Assembly: GCA_013115125.1 (NCBI GenBank)
Contig: JABANN010000128.1
Coordinates: 1 to 64,000 of the forward strand
Origin: Perkinsus olseni
Lineage: Eukaryota
Direction of reading: 5' to 3'
Length of the DNA: 64,000 nucleotides
The notes beneath the pieces are model-generated. The model was given only the letters and a program-made list of their open reading frames with translations. It made no database searches and was not told the origin of the DNA. The position numbers and the translations under genes are program-made. The stretch's first letter is position 1. Each line of letters starts with the position of its first letter. Positions 60,544-64,000 of this stretch are shown here, one piece after another.

Positions 60544-63205
60544 GACATTTTTCACAGCGAGATGTTGTTAGTCTCGCTCTTGCTGCGGTGGTCGTTGCGG
60601 CGCGTCGCTTTGTACCCTCGAACGTAATGAGGATGTGGCATCGCGCACCGTCTAGGATATGTGAGGTTTGTAATTGCGATTATCATCGTAGCAGCCGAGA
60701 ATAACAGTAGTTTTCTCTCTCTCAAGTTCTCATCACCATCATCAAGCCTGCTCGTACTATTACTACCACTGAAGAGAAGCTGCCATCTTCATTATTCTGT
60801 GGTGGCTACTACAATAAGTCTTATTATACGATATGGTCATTAGTCATTTGTCGTCATCATGTGTCGTGGGTGCTGTCGGAAACATCATCACTTCCACCAA
60901 CAACCTCATGTTACCATTCGCTTGTTGCTGCCGCCCATAGACGTGGCTCAGCTGATTGGTTGTCGTTGTTGTGGTAAAGTTCTTGATGTGTTGTCCATAA
61001 AGGCTACGTAATTACCAGTAGCTTGTGTTATATCTTTCATTTTCCCCTCACTCTATTCTTATGCTTAGACTATGTCTTTTCAACATTCATACGCTTGCTG
61101 TAACCACCGAAGTGACTCAGATCGTGCCGATGACGACCAACCCGTCGGCGTTTCGGTCATTTCTCGTCACAGTACCAGTTGTTAGTCTTTTCCGCTGTAC
61201 CGTCGCATTCTGATTTTGATGGTTGCAGTCTGGCTTGAGCAGTGATTGTGCTCGCTCGGTAGCCTTTGTTGCCACCCTAGAGGGGCTTACTGTCAGCTAT
61301 TCATAGCGATCGCTAAGTGGTACGGTTGCGGCACGATTGTTGTTAGAACCACGTCGTCGTCCTTCTATGCTCTAGGCTATGATGGAATTTTGTCGCATGC
61401 CAATACTACCGGTGTGTTGACTGTAAAAAGTTTAAATGATAAATACTACTATGATGTCTCCTCTGCACTTGAGTGTCGTAACACTACCATCTTCCGTCGT
61501 CGGGTGATTACTGATCATCATGGCGGCTATTGCTGTGAAGGCCCCTGTTACCGTTATCATCGTTGGTGTGCCAAAACCGAGAAAGATCGGCTTTTGGTAT
61601 GCTCGAAGCTGTCTGATTCCAGCGGTACTGTCGTGATTGTGGCTGCTCTTGTCGCTGCTTATGTTGCGGGCAATAGTGTGAGCATCGATATGGTCATACA
61701 TCGTGTCCCCTGTTTAGCATTGTACGAATGTTGTTGCGGGTCAATGCGTCTAGAGACGTTAAAACGATGTTCAGGATTCTTAGGTAGTCGTACTATGATC
61801 CTTATTCTGTCCTCAGTACAACCATCTGTTGTTGTGATTATCAAGGTTTTACACTACCAAGATTCCTTAAGTAATATGATAAACAGCTTACCGTTGCTTT
61901 GTGTTGGGTTGTTATTGAAGTAGGGTTGTGGTTGGGCCATCGTCACACTGGCTGACGGATAGTACTAGGGCAGCCTGATCAGATCCATCTTTAGGGTAGT
62001 TGGAAGTTCTAGAAAACAACCGGAGAGAGCCATTGCTTCGGAGGTGTGCAACAAGCGTTTTTTAGGAGAATACTGAAAAGAGTTGGGTCATTGCTCTCTG
62101 TGTGTCGTCCCGTCGAGCTCTCTGTGGACGACCGAGTACTAGAATTGTTTAACTTGTTAGTAGAACCGTCAAAGAGTTCGGCGCGTTATTGTATGTGCGT
62201 GCACCGTAAGCGGATCGATCTCTGCGAGTCAGCTATTCTCGTAGTAACCCCTTGTCGTATATTTGCTCGTATCGGCCTGTCGTGTTCGTCAATCGAGGAC
62301 TGGTCCTACTATCGTTAGTGCACTTACGACTCACCAAGCGCGGAGGCCGCCCCCTATTGGTGGTGGCATGTGGATGCATGACCATAAATTCCTGGTACAC
62401 TTACGGACTAGCTTCAGCCACCTTCAGTTTTGTAAGGTGCCAGAACGGTAGCCTGGCCTCCAGGCGCTCGGTCATCGCCACCGTAGTCCGCCGTTGCTAG
62501 TCGTCCCTCGAAGTAACTTCCCCATCCCCTTAGGGGGCGCCCCTTGAGATCCCAAGCTGGGACCTCTTACCGAGCCGAGGTTTCCAGTATGTGACTCATA
62601 CTGAACACCAGAACGAATCGAGGCGGCTGATACTCCAGTTCGGTGCCTGTCACACAGGGCAGTCGTTGTTAGTAGACGCCCACTACCGTCTTCCGTCAGT
62701 GCCTTCTATGCCGCAGGAAAACAGCCCACTATAGGTCGAGGATAATGCTCAAAGATTGCTGCATCAATAGCCTACTCGTCGAAAACACAACATAGCGAAC
62801 CTCTGGCGCCGCGAGCCAGTATTGCGACCGGCTCCATCTCGACATCCCAAACCGCACACTCGATCAAATGCTCGATACCGAAGGAGCTCCGGACTATTGT
62901 AGTCACTTGGCCAACGCAATCCTGCTGCCGTTGTGTGAGCGATTTTGTCGGCGAATGAGCCGTTCAAAGTAATGAGACAGAGAATAACGAAATTCACTGG
63001 TTTTTCAACGAACCCGCCTATTTGATCGGCTCATGACATGATTGACACACTGGGAGTGTGTGACAACCAGGACGAATGAGCGTAATCATTACCATATCAT
63101 AAGAGTGGTTGAAAATAAGCGGCCGGGCTCAGTGTAGTGGCCACGTGGAACATAGCTACCGGACGCCTCCCCTCACCGGCGGTGAGTTCGCCCCTCATCA
63201 CGACC

Positions 63206-63430
63206 TCAGTTCTTGCACTGGCATATGATATTGTCAGCACAGTCGCTGGCGAACGGGTTGGTAGGAGCACAGTGCCCCCACTTGCAGTTGCAGAAAACCT
63301 TGACGCCTCCGCAGAGACTGTTGGATGCCTGCTGGCAGTCATTGTCGGCCTTAGGATCTCCGCCAGGGTCGTGACTGTTGGCGTGCCACGTGAAGATAGT
63401 CAGTAGGAAGATGATGGAAAAGGAGTTCAT
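63206..63430 (-). CDS. Small secreted cysteine-rich peptide (8 Cys)
   Basis: 74 aa; signal peptide MNSFSIIFLLTIFTWHANS; mature part has C-x7-C-x6-CxC-x4-C-x9-C-x5-CxC. Confidence 0.65.
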   Translation of the reverse strand: MNSFSIIFLLTIFTWHANSHDPGGDPKADNDCQQASNSLCGGVKVFCNCKWGHCAPTNPFASDCADNIICQCKN

Positions 63431-64000
63431 AGTGTTGAAAATTGGGGAGTCCAGCTAAGAGGAGGAGCAAACAATAGCCAAGAAAGGTGGGACAGACTCA
63501 CCCCGGCGAGTCCGCGTGCAACCGTGACGCCACTGTGCGGTCGCCATGTGTGTCCTGCCCGGGTTGCTGAGAGCCCTGTGATTGGAGGGGCTCCTTCGCA
63601 GCGGATCATGCGGGAGGTGTTTGATGGTTGCGTCGCGTTAAGGTCTAATGTCTGTAATGAGTCAACGATAAGATGATTGAGGAGTTAGTCAGCTGAGACC
63701 ATCGGTGACATGAGAGAGAAGGTGTGGGCGGATATCTTCAACGTCGTGATCGAGTCGTCGATTGATACTATGTGCGGTTCAGCGCAGTGTACGGAGACCT
63801 GTTAACTATTACGGTTGATCTGTCTCTTGTATGATAGTATTCATCGTTACACTGTTACAGTATTTACTATATTGTCTGTGCTGTCTATTGTGCTAGCCTC
63901 GGTGTTGTGAGCTCACCGATTTGTGCACGCGTGCTGTCTCCTTAAGGGTTGTGAGGATCCTTAGGGTGAGGCGTTCGCGAACGAACAAGGTCGTTTACTT

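Noticed and set aside
61246-61923. 225-codon ORF
   Set aside because: Non-ATG start, low-complexity T/G-rich DNA, no recognisable motifs; probably spurious.
62250-62500. Possible retroelement endonuclease remnant (PLLVVACG...SWYTY)
   Set aside because: The key GDFN and SDH motifs are absent; resemblance too weak.
1-64000. CRISPR arrays, rRNA, prokaryotic operons, intact transposases or reverse transcriptases
   Set aside because: The DNA is spliceosomal-intron-rich eukaryotic sequence. No repeat-spacer arrays or intact TE catalytic motifs were seen.
1-64000. Spliced-leader relics (ACCGTAGCCAT.TTGGCTCAAG)
   Set aside because: Only short partial matches were seen by eye (for example ACCGTAGC near 46187), with no convincing full copy.

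Overview
Gene-dense eukaryotic protist DNA with many short (about 35-100 nt) GT-AG introns, very short intergenic spacers and long same-strand gene runs. The style suggests a perkinsid alveolate (Perkinsus-like), but this is an inference. I spliced the gene models by eye, so some termini are approximate. Contents: a dispersed duplication (IscA/HesB Fe-S gene, tRNA-like B-box element, decayed ORF), DNAAF1/ODA7, two intronless secreted or GPI-anchored Cys-rich paralogs, an AEC/PIN-like transporter, a SET protein, six tandem membrane-anchored SDRs, two calcineurin A genes, IMPase, a secreted EF-hand protein, an AKAP7-like 2H phosphoesterase, a pfkB kinase, Pol III subunit RPC10/C11, SURF6/Rrp14, a membrane DUF900-type hydrolase, a TIR-like multi-TM protein, a POT/PTR transporter and a small secreted 8-Cys peptide. 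Most interesting: (1) a tRNA-derived B-box plus T-run inside an intron of the Pol III subunit gene, possibly autoregulatory; (2) a TIR-like domain split by a membrane hairpin that keeps the catalytic Glu; (3) GPI-anchored 'YNEVVLD' proteins that may be ecto-enzymes with an ADP-ribosyltransferase-like fold; (4) patchy gene conversion in the SDR, calcineurin and IscA duplicates. No CRISPR array, rRNA or intact transposon was seen.
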